From the NCBI GenBank assembly GCA_031393955.1, contig JANMWI010000046.1, forward strand, positions 185-64,184: a stretch of DNA of 64,000 bases, written 5' to 3'. The number at the start of each line of letters is the position of its first letter. The stretch's first letter is position 1. The notes beneath the pieces were generated by a model. That model had not been told where the DNA came from and searched no databases. It was given only the letters and a program-made list of their open reading frames with translations. The stretch comes from Acidobacteriota bacterium. Lineage in GTDB: Bacteria; Acidobacteriota; Vicinamibacteria; Vicinamibacterales; 2-12-FULL-66-21. This document shows positions 55,521 to 63,712 of the stretch, in pieces. The position numbers and the translations under genes are program-made.

Positions 55521-56810
55521 ATGACCGATAACGACGGAATCCTGCTGGCGCCGCTCCAGCGTGAAAGCTTCGACTACTTCCTCCGCGAGGTCAACCCCGC
55601 CAACGGCCTGATCGCCGACAAGACCCAGGCGCACTGGCCCGCCAGCATCGCCGCCACCGGCCTTGCCCTGGCCGCTTATCCGGTCGGCGTCGAGCGGGGA
55701 TTCGTCGCCCGCGATCACGCCGTCCGGCTCACCCTGGCGGCGCTGCGGTTCTTCCAGACCAGCCCGCAGGGCACGGCTCCGGACTGCACCGGCTACAAGG
55801 GCTTCTATTATCACTTTCTCGACATGGCGACCGGGGCGCGCGCCTGGCGCAGCGAGCTGTCGACGATCGACACCACCTTCCTGCTCGCCGGCGGCCTGAC
55901 CGCCGCCGCCTACTTTACCGGCGAGTCCGGAGACGAGGCGGAGATCCGCGCCCTTGCCGACGCGCTCTATCGCCGCGCCGACTGGCGGTGGGCGCAGAAC
56001 GGCGGCGCGACCGTCACGCACGGCTGGCGGCCGGAGCGCGGCTTCCTCCCCTACCGCTGGTCGGGCTACGACGAAGCGCTGCTGCTCTACGTTCTCGGGC
56101 TCGGCTCGCCGACCTATCCGCTGACCGCCGACAGCTACGCCAGCTGGCTGTCGAGCCATCGGTGGCGGAAGGTCTACGGCGACGAGTACCTCTATGCGGG
56201 GCCGCTCTTCATTCACCAGCTGTCCCACTTGTGGCTCGACCTGCGCGGGATCCAGGACGCCTACATGCGGCCGCGCGGCAGCGACTACTTCGAGAACAGC
56301 CGGCGGGCCACCTGCGTCCAGCGCGAATACGCGATCAGGAACCCGCGCGGCTTCGCCGGCTACCACAAGGACTGCTGGGGCGTGACCGCGAGCGACGGGC
56401 CGGGGCCCGCGCTGCTGACGATTGACGGGGTCCGGCGGCGGTTCTTCGACTACGCGGCGCGTGGCGTGCCATACGGGCCGGACGACGGGACGATTGCGCC
56501 GTGGGCGGTGCTCGCGTCGCTGCCGTTCGCGCCCGAGATCGTGCTGCCGGCGGTGCGCTACTTCGTCGACCGCCTCGACGTCCGGCAGCCTGATGCCTAC
56601 GGCTTCAAGGCGACGTTCAACCAGACCTACCCGGCGCCGTCGAGCGGCGCCGCGGGCTGGGTATCGCCCTGGAACTTCGGGCTCAATCAGGGCCCGATCG
56701 TCCTGATGATCGAGAACTTCCGCAGCGGGCTGATCTGGCGGCTGATGCGGAACTGTCGCTACGTTGTCGACGGCCTGCGCCGCGCCGGGTTCACGGGGGG
56801 GTGGTTGTGA
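55521..56810 (+). CDS. Glucoamylase-family / GH144-like (endo-beta-1,2-glucanase family) protein, no signal peptide
   Basis: The ATG at 55521 begins MTDNDGIL. '[20 protein letters not shown]', '[11 protein letters not shown]', '[13 protein letters not shown]' and '[21 protein letters not shown]' are present. Confidence 0.8.
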   Translation: MTDNDGILLAPLQRESFDYFLREVNPANGLIADKTQAHWPASIAATGLALAAYPVGVERGFVARDHAVRLTLAALRFFQTSPQGTAPDCTGYKGFYYHFLDMATGARAWRSELSTIDTTFLLAGGLTAAAYFTGESGDEAEIRALADALYRRADWRWAQNGGATVTHGWRPERGFLPYRWSGYDEALLLYVLGLGSPTYPLTADSYASWLSSHRWRKVYGDEYLYAGPLFIHQLSHLWLDLRGIQDAYMRPRGSDYFENSRRATCVQREYAIRNPRGFAGYHKDCWGVTASDGPGPALLTIDGVRRRFFDYAARGVPYGPDDGTIAPWAVLASLPFAPEIVLPAVRYFVDRLDVRQPDAYGFKATFNQTYPAPSSGAAGWVSPWNFGLNQGPIVLMIENFRSGLIWRLMRNCRYVVDGLRRAGFTGGWL

Positions 56811-56829
56811 GCGGGCCGTCGCGGGGCGC

Positions 56830-57861
56830 TCACTTGCCGCCGGGCGCCGTCGTCGCGCGCCGGCGCGCCTGCGCCAGCAGCTGGCGGTGCCAGCGATCGC
56901 GATGGCTGGTGACCTGCAGCGGCCGCAGCGCCAGCCGGCCCGCCCCGCCAATCGCCTCCTGCAGGTGGTCGCGCTCCGCCAGGCTGTCCTCGAGGTCGTC
57001 GTCGCCGGCCAGTTCGAGGCCGGCTTCCCGCGCCATCACCAGCGCGCGCGCGTGGACCGAGAGCTCGAGCTCGAGCCGCAGCAGGCAGTACATGTCGGCG
57101 ACCACCTCCGGCGGGAATCGTGACCGCATCTCCTGCAGATACTGGCCGAAGCGGGTCAGCGTGAACGTCTCCGAGGCGACCAGCTGCAGGACCTCGATGT
57201 CGAGATCCATCCCGGCCCCCATCCATTCCCGCGTCGCCCGCTCGCTCCGCTCGTAGACGAACAGCAGCAGCAGCGGCAGCGTCAGCATGACGACGCCGGT
57301 CAGCAGCACCGGCGGGAGCGGCAGCAGGTTGAAGCCGGCATGAATCACCACCGCCACGGCGAGCCCCGGCAGGAACGCCAGCACCCCCCGGCGCGGATAG
57401 CGGTCGGTCAGCGCCCGGCCGAGCGTCGCGAAGATCGCCGTCGCGCCGCCGTGCAGCATCGCGGTGCCGAGGCCGCGCACCAGCCACAGCGCCAGCGGCG
57501 CGTCGCCGAGCGTCCGCAGATAGAGGACGTTCTCGACCAACGCGAAGCCGGCGCCGACCGCGAATCCCTGGACGGCGGCATCGACCAGGAAGCCGGCACG
57601 GCCGCGCAGGATCAGCACGACGATCACGGCGGCCTTGAGCGTCTCCTCCAGGAACGGCGCGACGTAGCGGCTGTCGACGTGCGCGCTCTGGAGGTCCATG
57701 CCGAGCGCCGACCACGCCCACAGCGAGACGACCGCCGTGCAGGCGCCGACCGCGACGGCGGAGAGGATGGCGCGCTGCGGCACGAGCCGGAAACTGTCCA
57801 TCATGAAGAGGACAGCCAGGAAGCCGACGACGGGCAGGAGGGCGACGGCAGCGTCGAGCAT
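56830..57861 (-). CDS. PrsW-family intramembrane metalloprotease with ~140-aa cytoplasmic C-terminal extension
   Basis: 'FLEETLKAA' (EExxK), 'FALVENVLY', 'HGGATAIF' and 'HAGFN' lie within about eight TM helices. The ATG overlaps the upstream gene's TAA by 1 nt (TAATG). Confidence 0.8.
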   Translation of the reverse strand: MLDAAVALLPVVGFLAVLFMMDSFRLVPQRAILSAVAVGACTAVVSLWAWSALGMDLQSAHVDSRYVAPFLEETLKAAVIVVLILRGRAGFLVDAAVQGFAVGAGFALVENVLYLRTLGDAPLALWLVRGLGTAMLHGGATAIFATLGRALTDRYPRRGVLAFLPGLAVAVVIHAGFNLLPLPPVLLTGVVMLTLPLLLLFVYERSERATREWMGAGMDLDIEVLQLVASETFTLTRFGQYLQEMRSRFPPEVVADMYCLLRLELELSVHARALVMAREAGLELAGDDDLEDSLAERDHLQEAIGGAGRLALRPLQVTSHRDRWHRQLLAQARRRATTAPGGK

Positions 57862-60809
57862 TATTTGAGAATCTTGACCGACAGCATCGCTTCGCGGCGC
57901 GGCGCGTAGCCGTCCTCGAACGCCACCGCCGCGCCGGCCGACACGGTCAGCTCGAGCGTCGACAGCAGGCCGAAGCGGAAATCAACCTGCGCGCCGGTGT
58001 CGGTCAGGGTGCGACGCGCCTGGCGGGCATCGAGATTGGTGGCGAGGCCGCCGACAAACAGCGACGGCCGCGCCCACGACGCATAGAAGCCCGGCCGGCC
58101 GACGCGGCGGAAGCGGATCGGCGGCAGGTTCCACTCGATCATCGACTTGACGAACGTGCGTCCGGCGATCTCGTTGAGCGACGCGCCCGGAAAGCTGTAC
58201 GGCTCGCGATAGCGCTTCTCGTCGCGGTGATCGACCCAGTTGTTGCCGAATGCGCCGAAATAGAAATTGGCGAACGGCTGGGCGCGATTGCCGGGCGAGA
58301 ACCCGGCCGCGGTCCGCAGCCAGATCGAGGAATGGCCGGCCGGCATCGCGAGGCCGCGATCGAACGCGCCATGGAAGCGCGGCACCATCCGGCCGTTCAG
58401 CTGGTTGCCCTGGGCGTCGACAAACCAGCGCCGGCCGGTCTCATCGTCGACGTGGCCGAGCGAGCTGCGCAGGTCCTGATCGGTCAGCCGGGCATCGACG
58501 GTGAAGAGCCGCGTCACGTCGACCGCGACGTTCTGGAATTCCGGCAGCCGATCGAGGTTGCCGGCGAAGCGGGCGCTGATGTCGAGCTCGACGCGGTGCG
58601 GGATGTCGAACAGCAGCGTCTGCTTCTTGCCGACCGACAGCGCGTAGCCCTTGCGGCCGACTTTGGTCGGTCCGAAAAAGTCGTAGAAGTCACCGGCGTT
58701 GAGGTCGAACCGGCCGCGCCAGTCGAACCGCTCGTAGTCAGCCTTGAGGTGCAGGCGCTCGGCGGCCGGCAGGCTGGTCGAGGGGGAATAGGTCGCGACG
58801 AGGCTGGCCCGGTTGAACTGGAGCGGGTCGGAGAAGTTCACCCGCATCCCGACCGCGCCGGTGTCCTTGTAGCCCTGAAAGACCGGGTAGAACGACTCCG
58901 GCTGGAGACCGCCGGCGAGTTTGTAGGTGCCCCGCTCCTTCGTCATCTCGTCGAACCCGATCGCGGCCGGCGAGCCGACCGTCCAGCTCTTGACGATCGG
59001 ATGCTCCTCGGCGAGCCGCTCGCCGAGGAAGGTGATGGCGCTGACGTCCTCGAGCGGGTGCGGCTGGATGCGGGTCGGCACGAAGCCGGCGCCGGAATAC
59101 CGGAAGACGATCAACCCGCCGTCGGCGAGCGGGATCGGCCGGAAGAAGCCGGTCTCCGCGTTCGTCACCGCGTCGAGCTTTTTGGTCGCGAGATCGTAGC
59201 GGAAGATATTGGAAACGCCGGTGAAGTACGAGCTGCCGTAGAGCGCCTGGCCGTCGGGCGTGAAGGTGAAGCCATTGGGCACGGCAGTGCCGAAATCGAA
59301 CGCGGCGACCGGCGTCGCGTCCGGCCCCGTCAACGCGGCGGTGTCGAACACCTGGACGTGCTGGCGGCCGCTGATTTCGCCGAACGACGCGACCAGCCGC
59401 GAGCCGTCGGGCGACAGGTCGAGATCGTAGATCACCGTGCCGTACGGCCACGTCACGACCTGCGTCCAGTCGCGATACGGCGCCACCATCCGGACGAGCG
59501 TGCAGATGCCGTTCAGGTGGCGGATGCCCCACAGCGAGCGGTCGGCGCGGTTGAAGGCGAGGTCGCCGATCCGGGCGTCCTTCTGCAGGATCTCCTGGCG
59601 CTTCGTCTTCGGGTCGAGCCGGACGAGATCCCGGTAGGCGCCGTTGTCGCGCGTGTAGTAGAGAACCTGCTCGGCGGGATTCCAGGCCAGCGACGCGACC
59701 GTGAAAATCGTCGGCCCCTTAATGTCGGCGAGCCGTTCGATCCGGCCGGTGCCATCCGAGATGGCGGCGACGTGCGACACCACTCCAGGGTAGTTGAGCG
59801 CCGCGTAGATTTTCTTCCCTTCGGGATCGTAGAACGCCCGCGAGACGGATCCGAGCGCCCGGGTCGTGATGTCGGTCGACGGCGTCACCGGGAACTTGCG
59901 GATCGCGGCCAGATTCTGCCGCTGAAAGATCACCTCGTCGGTCTCCCAGGCCGCCCACGCCTTCTCGATAGACGAGCCGAATACCTGCCGGAACTGGGTC
60001 GCATAGTAGGCGCGGCTGCCATCGCGGCGCGACACCCACTCGATCACCTTCTCGGGCGAGTAGTGGCGGCCAAGCCAGGTCATGAAGCGGGTGCCGTAGA
60101 GGTAGGAGTTGACCTGGACCTGAAAGTCGATCTGCGTCCCTTCGCTGACCAGTCCCAGCGGATCGTAAAACGGCGTGCCGTCGCGCACCATCGAACGGAA
60201 CACCATCTCGTCGTAGCCGCTCTGCGCGCGGCCGAGGCCGCCCGACATCCAGGTATCGACGAACACGGCGATGCCTTCGTGATACCAGCGCGGCGACGCC
60301 ACCCGCGGCGTGGTCAGCAGGAAGTAGAGGATCGATTCGGGATGATCGCGGACCGGCGCCACCTTGCCGCCGAACAGCCGCCGGAAGACCCGGTCGGCGC
60401 CCGCCGCCTGGTCCATCGTCGCGATGTGGACCAGCTCGTGGTTCATCAGGATGTTCATCCGCTCGTTGCCGGCGATCGTCTCGAAGGCGAAATTGAGCGG
60501 CGCGATCTCGACGGTGACGACATCGCGCGGGACGACCGAGGCGCCGGCGTTGCCGGTGTCCGAGATGTCGGTGAGGAGCAGGAAGACCGGTTTCTTCGGA
60601 TGGAAGTCGAACAGCCGCCGCTGAAACGCCAGCGAGTTCAGGAACGTCCGCGCCGCGTGCGGCACCAGGAAGGTCTCGGTCGGATCCAGGTAGACCAGCC
60701 GCATGCCGGAGACGCCGACGACGCTCAACTGGGCGGCGGCCGGCCGGGAAACGGACAGCACGGCGAGGAGCAGACAGGTCGCCGCGACCCCTCGCGGCGG
60801 AATGCGCAT
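57861..60809 (-). CDS. 982-aa secreted multidomain protein: HExxH peptidase-like N-domain, TolB-like beta-propeller middle, beta-rich C-terminal domain
   Basis: The signal peptide is 'MRIPPRGVAATCLLLAVLSVSRPAAAQ'. The zincin-like motifs are 'NHELVHIA' and, downstream, 'WYHEGIAVF'. PD40-like units 'DLSPDGSRLVAS' and 'FTPDGQALYGSS' are present. The ~330-aa C-terminus has alternating beta-strand character. Confidence 0.7.
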   Translation of the reverse strand: MRIPPRGVAATCLLLAVLSVSRPAAAQLSVVGVSGMRLVYLDPTETFLVPHAARTFLNSLAFQRRLFDFHPKKPVFLLLTDISDTGNAGASVVPRDVVTVEIAPLNFAFETIAGNERMNILMNHELVHIATMDQAAGADRVFRRLFGGKVAPVRDHPESILYFLLTTPRVASPRWYHEGIAVFVDTWMSGGLGRAQSGYDEMVFRSMVRDGTPFYDPLGLVSEGTQIDFQVQVNSYLYGTRFMTWLGRHYSPEKVIEWVSRRDGSRAYYATQFRQVFGSSIEKAWAAWETDEVIFQRQNLAAIRKFPVTPSTDITTRALGSVSRAFYDPEGKKIYAALNYPGVVSHVAAISDGTGRIERLADIKGPTIFTVASLAWNPAEQVLYYTRDNGAYRDLVRLDPKTKRQEILQKDARIGDLAFNRADRSLWGIRHLNGICTLVRMVAPYRDWTQVVTWPYGTVIYDLDLSPDGSRLVASFGEISGRQHVQVFDTAALTGPDATPVAAFDFGTAVPNGFTFTPDGQALYGSSYFTGVSNIFRYDLATKKLDAVTNAETGFFRPIPLADGGLIVFRYSGAGFVPTRIQPHPLEDVSAITFLGERLAEEHPIVKSWTVGSPAAIGFDEMTKERGTYKLAGGLQPESFYPVFQGYKDTGAVGMRVNFSDPLQFNRASLVATYSPSTSLPAAERLHLKADYERFDWRGRFDLNAGDFYDFFGPTKVGRKGYALSVGKKQTLLFDIPHRVELDISARFAGNLDRLPEFQNVAVDVTRLFTVDARLTDQDLRSSLGHVDDETGRRWFVDAQGNQLNGRMVPRFHGAFDRGLAMPAGHSSIWLRTAAGFSPGNRAQPFANFYFGAFGNNWVDHRDEKRYREPYSFPGASLNEIAGRTFVKSMIEWNLPPIRFRRVGRPGFYASWARPSLFVGGLATNLDARQARRTLTDTGAQVDFRFGLLSTLELTVSAGAAVAFEDGYAPRREAMLSVKILK

Positions 60810-60862
60810 GCGTAAGAGTAAGGGATGAAGACCCGCGGAGGGAAGCCGCCGGCGTAGAGGAA

Positions 60863-60891
60863 GGGGACAGGCACCCGCGGCGCCCGTCCCC
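60863..60891 (-). terminator. Stem-loop 8 nt downstream of the anti-sigma stop codon (candidate intrinsic terminator)
   Basis: The minus-strand RNA GGGGACGGGCGCC-GCG-GGUGCCUGUCCCC forms a 13-bp stem including two G-U pairs. It is followed by UUCCUCU. Confidence 0.4.
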
Positions 60892-60898
60892 CAGGGTG

Positions 60899-62269
60899 TT
60901 AGTTCGCGAGCGCGGATGCGAATTTCGGCGTCATCAGCGCCGACGCGAAGCCGTCGCTCTGAAGCGCCTGGGCGAACGCCGCCGACTGCATCGCCTTCGG
61001 CAGGGCGCCATCCGCCAGTGCGCGGCGGAACGCGTCGGAGCTGAGCGCCCGGGCGAAGCTGTCGTTGCTGAGCGCCCGCGCCACCGCCGGGTCGGAGAAC
61101 GCCCGCGCAATCGCCGGATCCGCCATCGCCCGCATCATCGCGCCGTCGCTGAGCGCTTTCGCGATCGCCGGATCGGCCAGCGCGCGGCCGAGCGCATCGC
61201 TGGTCAGCGCCCGCGCGACCATCGCATCGCCAAGTGCCCTCGCCAGCGCCTCGTTGCTGAGCGCCCTGGCGGCGGCGTCGTTGCCGAGCGCCCGCCGGAC
61301 CGCGTCGTTGCTGAGCGCTCTCGCGGTGACGGCGTCGGTCGTTGCGGCACGCGCGGCGGCGCCGTCGGCGCTCGCCCGAATCTTGGCCTCGGCGCTAATC
61401 GCCCGCGCCATCAAGGGATCCGACAACGCCTGCACCAGCGCCGGGTCCGCAATGGCGCGGCGGAAGCCCGGGTCGGCCAGCGCGCTGGCCATCCCCTTGC
61501 TCGCCAGCGCCTGCGCGACCGCCTGGTCGGACAGCGCCCGCGCGACCGCCGGATCGGCCAGCGCGGCGCGGAAGTTGGCATCGGCCATCCGGGCGGCGAG
61601 CGCCGGCTCGGCGAGCGCGCCAGCCATCCCCTTGCTCGCCAGCGCCTGCGCGACGGCCTGATCCGACAGCGCCTGCGCGATCGCCGGATCCGACAGCGCC
61701 GCGACGACCGCGGGATCCGCCAGCGCCTGCCGGACGGCGCCGTCCGACAGCAGCTTGCGGGCGTTTTCATCCTTGATCAGGCGATCGAAGGTGTCGCTCT
61801 GCAGGAACTGCTGCGCCGACGTGTCGCCAAGCTTCACGTCCGACGCCGCCATCTGCGGCTCGGCCGCCTGATAGCGGGCCGCCTGCCCGATCGTTCCTTC
61901 CGTCCCCTTGCCGGTCGGGGGGTAGCCCAGAATCGCAAACGTTACGAGAACGACCGCCGCGGCCGCGGCCAACCCGATCATTGTCTTTTTTGCCATGAAC
62001 CTGTCTCCTTGGTCAGTGCGCCCGGCCGCAACACCGCCACCGATCCGACCTGTCACCGCTCGAACCGTCGCCGCAGCCAGATCTTGGGGCGGCGCGACGG
62101 TTCCGAGTTCTTCGACCAGCGCCGTCAATGCCCGCAGCTCCGACAGCCGGGCGCGCGCCTCGGCATTGCCCGCCACACGGCGCTCCCACTCCACCTGCTG
62201 CTCCCGCGTCAGCTCGCCGTCGACGGCGGCGTGCAGCAGTTCGTCGTCTGAAGGATCCACTGGGCTCAT
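60899..62269 (-). CDS. Anti-sigma factor: N-terminal sigma-binding domain, single TM helix, extracytoplasmic domain of ~34 nonapeptide repeats
   Basis: The ATG at 62269 overlaps the sigma-factor stop (ATGA). 'LLHAAVDGELTREQQVEWERRV...ARARLSELRAL' is an RskA/zf-HC2-like domain lacking Cys/His ligands. The TM helix is 'TMIGLAAAAAVVLVTFAILGY'. A 306-aa repeat domain follows. Confidence 0.75.
   Translation of the reverse strand: MSPVDPSDDELLHAAVDGELTREQQVEWERRVAGNAEARARLSELRALTALVEELGTVAPPQDLAAATVRAVTGRIGGGVAAGRTDQGDRFMAKKTMIGLAAAAAVVLVTFAILGYPPTGKGTEGTIGQAARYQAAEPQMAASDVKLGDTSAQQFLQSDTFDRLIKDENARKLLSDGAVRQALADPAVVAALSDPAIAQALSDQAVAQALASKGMAGALAEPALAARMADANFRAALADPAVARALSDQAVAQALASKGMASALADPGFRRAIADPALVQALSDPLMARAISAEAKIRASADGAAARAATTDAVTARALSNDAVRRALGNDAAARALSNEALARALGDAMVARALTSDALGRALADPAIAKALSDGAMMRAMADPAIARAFSDPAVARALSNDSFARALSSDAFRRALADGALPKAMQSAAFAQALQSDGFASALMTPKFASALAN
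60902..61819 (-). repeat. In-frame 27-nt periodic coding repeat (34 nonapeptide units, consensus about [DP]-A-h-x-[RQ]-A-L-[SA]-[DN])
   Basis: I parsed the translation by hand into SAQQFLQSD/TFDRLIKDE/NARKLLSDG/AVRQALADP/AVVAALSDP/AIAQALSDQ/AVAQALASK/GMAGALAEP/.../DGFASALMT/PKFASALAN. There is one single-residue register shift near 'AVTARALSND'. The period also shows in the antisense track ORF 60896..62251. Confidence 0.85.
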
Positions 62270-62862
62270 CGTTCCATCCACATCGTCAGGGCGCCGGCGA
62301 GCTGCTGGCGCGCGCTGTAAAGCCGCGACTTCACGGTTTTGACCGGAATCCCGATCGCGTCGCTCATCTCGTCGTAGCTGAGCGACGCAAAGTGCCTGAG
62401 GACGATGACTTCACGGTACGGCGCCGGGAGCGTCAGGATGGCGCGCTTGACATCCCGCCGCCGTTCCGCCGTCTCGACCGCGTCCGGCTCCTGGTGCCGC
62501 GCCGCCGCCGCGTCCAGTCCGCCGTCGAGAAGCACCATCGCCGGCCGCCGCCGCAGGTTGAGGCACTCGTTGGTCAGGATGCGGTAAATCCAGCTGAAAA
62601 AGCGCCGGTCCGCGTCGTAACTGGAGAGCTTCTCGTAGGCCCTGATGAAGGCGGTCTGGGCGGCGTCGCGGGCATCCTCTTCATTGCCGAGCATCCGCAG
62701 CGCGACGTTGAAGAGCACCCCTTGATACCGGACCACGAGCGCCGCGAACGCCGCGCCGTCGCCGTCCAGACACCGTCGGACGACAACCGCATCGTCCAGG
62801 CTCTGGTCCAAATACACCGCAGGGGCTGGAAAGTTGGTGGGCAACGGGCCGAACCTTACCAT
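62266..62862 (-). CDS. ECF (group 4) RNA polymerase sigma factor
   Basis: Region 2 is 'AFAALVVRYQGVLFNVALRMLGNEEDARDAAQTAFIRAYEKL...FFSWIYRILTNECLN'. Region 4 is 'LPAPYREVIVLRHFASLSYDEMSDAIGIPVKTVKSRLYSARQQL'. The start is at ATG 62862 or GTG 62817. The further-upstream part of the track ORF is Arg/Pro-rich. Confidence 0.9.
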   Translation of the reverse strand: MVRFGPLPTNFPAPAVYLDQSLDDAVVVRRCLDGDGAAFAALVVRYQGVLFNVALRMLGNEEDARDAAQTAFIRAYEKLSSYDADRRFFSWIYRILTNECLNLRRRPAMVLLDGGLDAAAARHQEPDAVETAERRRDVKRAILTLPAPYREVIVLRHFASLSYDEMSDAIGIPVKTVKSRLYSARQQLAGALTMWMER

Positions 62863-62891
62863 GGGCCGCGCGCGTATTACAGTAGGAGAAA

Positions 62892-63239
62892 ATGGCGCGC
62901 CCCCCCCGCACCTGGAGCCTCGCGACGTCGGTCGAAGCGGTCCCGGGAGCCACGATCCTGAGCGCCCACGGCCGGATCGGCATTCGCACCGCACGCGCCT
63001 TCGCCGACGCGCTGGCCGCGGCCGGCGCCGGGCCGGTCGTGATTGACCTGACCGGGGTGGACTACATTTCGGGGCCCGGCCTGACGGCGCTGCGCGACGC
63101 GGCATCTGTCGGCAGCCGCCGCGCGGTCGTCTGCGGCCTGCAGGAGGCGGTTCGCATCACGCTGGAACTGGCCGGCCTCCTCGACGACCTGCCCGCCGAG
63201 CACACCAGGGAAACCGCCCTGGCGCGGCTCTCCGGCTAG
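62892..63239 (+). CDS. STAS-domain protein (anti-sigma-factor antagonist, SpoIIAA-like)
   Basis: A 115-aa protein. 'VVIDLTGVDYISGPGLTALRDA' contains the conserved Ser position of STAS anti-anti-sigma factors. It is transcribed divergently from the ECF sigma gene. Confidence 0.8.
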   Translation: MARPPRTWSLATSVEAVPGATILSAHGRIGIRTARAFADALAAAGAGPVVIDLTGVDYISGPGLTALRDAASVGSRRAVVCGLQEAVRITLELAGLLDDLPAEHTRETALARLSG

Positions 63240-63262
63240 GCCGGCATCTTACGCTCTTCGGC

Positions 63263-63712
63263 CTAGGTCAGCAATCGCGGATCGATGGCATGCTGGCCGT
63301 CGCCGACAATGACGACGCGGCTCGCGGCGGGGTGCGCGGGATTGAGCAGGATGTTGACGGTCTCGGGAACGATGGCTGAAGGCACGCGCAGGAGCGGCGC
63401 CGAGCCGTCGGCGAGCCAGTCGTCGCCTATCGCGCGCGTCGTGTCCATGCGCGACGGCCAGTCAGGCGGCAGGCGCCCGGCGGGGACGGTCTCAACTCGC
63501 AGGTCCGCCGGCGCCTCGATCGTGAAGAGGCGGTAACGAACCGGCAGCCCCTGAAGGTCGACTTCGAGGTGGACTAGAACTTCCAGCAGCGCCGCGGCGG
63601 GGCTGGACGCGCAATAGACGATGCGCTGACCGCGGCTATGCCAGCGTCCCGGGGTGCGCAGGCCGCCCTCGCCCGCCAGGGACTTGTGGTTGCTGATCCG
63701 CCACAGCCGCAC
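63263..63712 (-). CDS. RES-domain toxin (RES-Xre type II TA family)
   Basis: 'GGLRTPGRWHSRG' (Arg), 'YCASSPAAALLEVLVH' (Glu) and 'LRVPSAIVPE' (Ser) are present. The GTG start overlaps the upstream stop by 1 nt. Confidence 0.85.
   Translation of the reverse strand: MRLWRISNHKSLAGEGGLRTPGRWHSRGQRIVYCASSPAAALLEVLVHLEVDLQGLPVRYRLFTIEAPADLRVETVPAGRLPPDWPSRMDTTRAIGDDWLADGSAPLLRVPSAIVPETVNILLNPAHPAASRVVIVGDGQHAIDPRLLT

Noticed and set aside
53844-56951. Track ORF 53844..56951 (-) as a 1035-aa protein
   Set aside because: Only the C-terminal 555 aa (from [10 protein letters not shown]) are Pgm. The upstream part is antisense to the GH144-like gene and is Arg/Pro-rich.
58227-60815. ORF 58227..60815 (+, 862 aa)
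   Set aside because: It is antisense to the 982-aa HExxH/propeller gene and has no motifs.
60902-61819. 27-nt periodic DNA as a non-coding repeat or CRISPR
   Set aside because: The periodicity is in frame with a continuous ORF that has a sigma-coupled start and a TM helix. The units are degenerate at the DNA level and have no unique spacers. It is a coding repeat.
60896-62251. ORF 60896..62251 (+, 451 aa) with its own 'RDRRIGQRP'-type periodicity
   Set aside because: It is the antisense image of the anti-sigma repeat region. It has no start context, and it is Arg-rich as expected for the complement of Ala/Leu/Ser/Asp codons.
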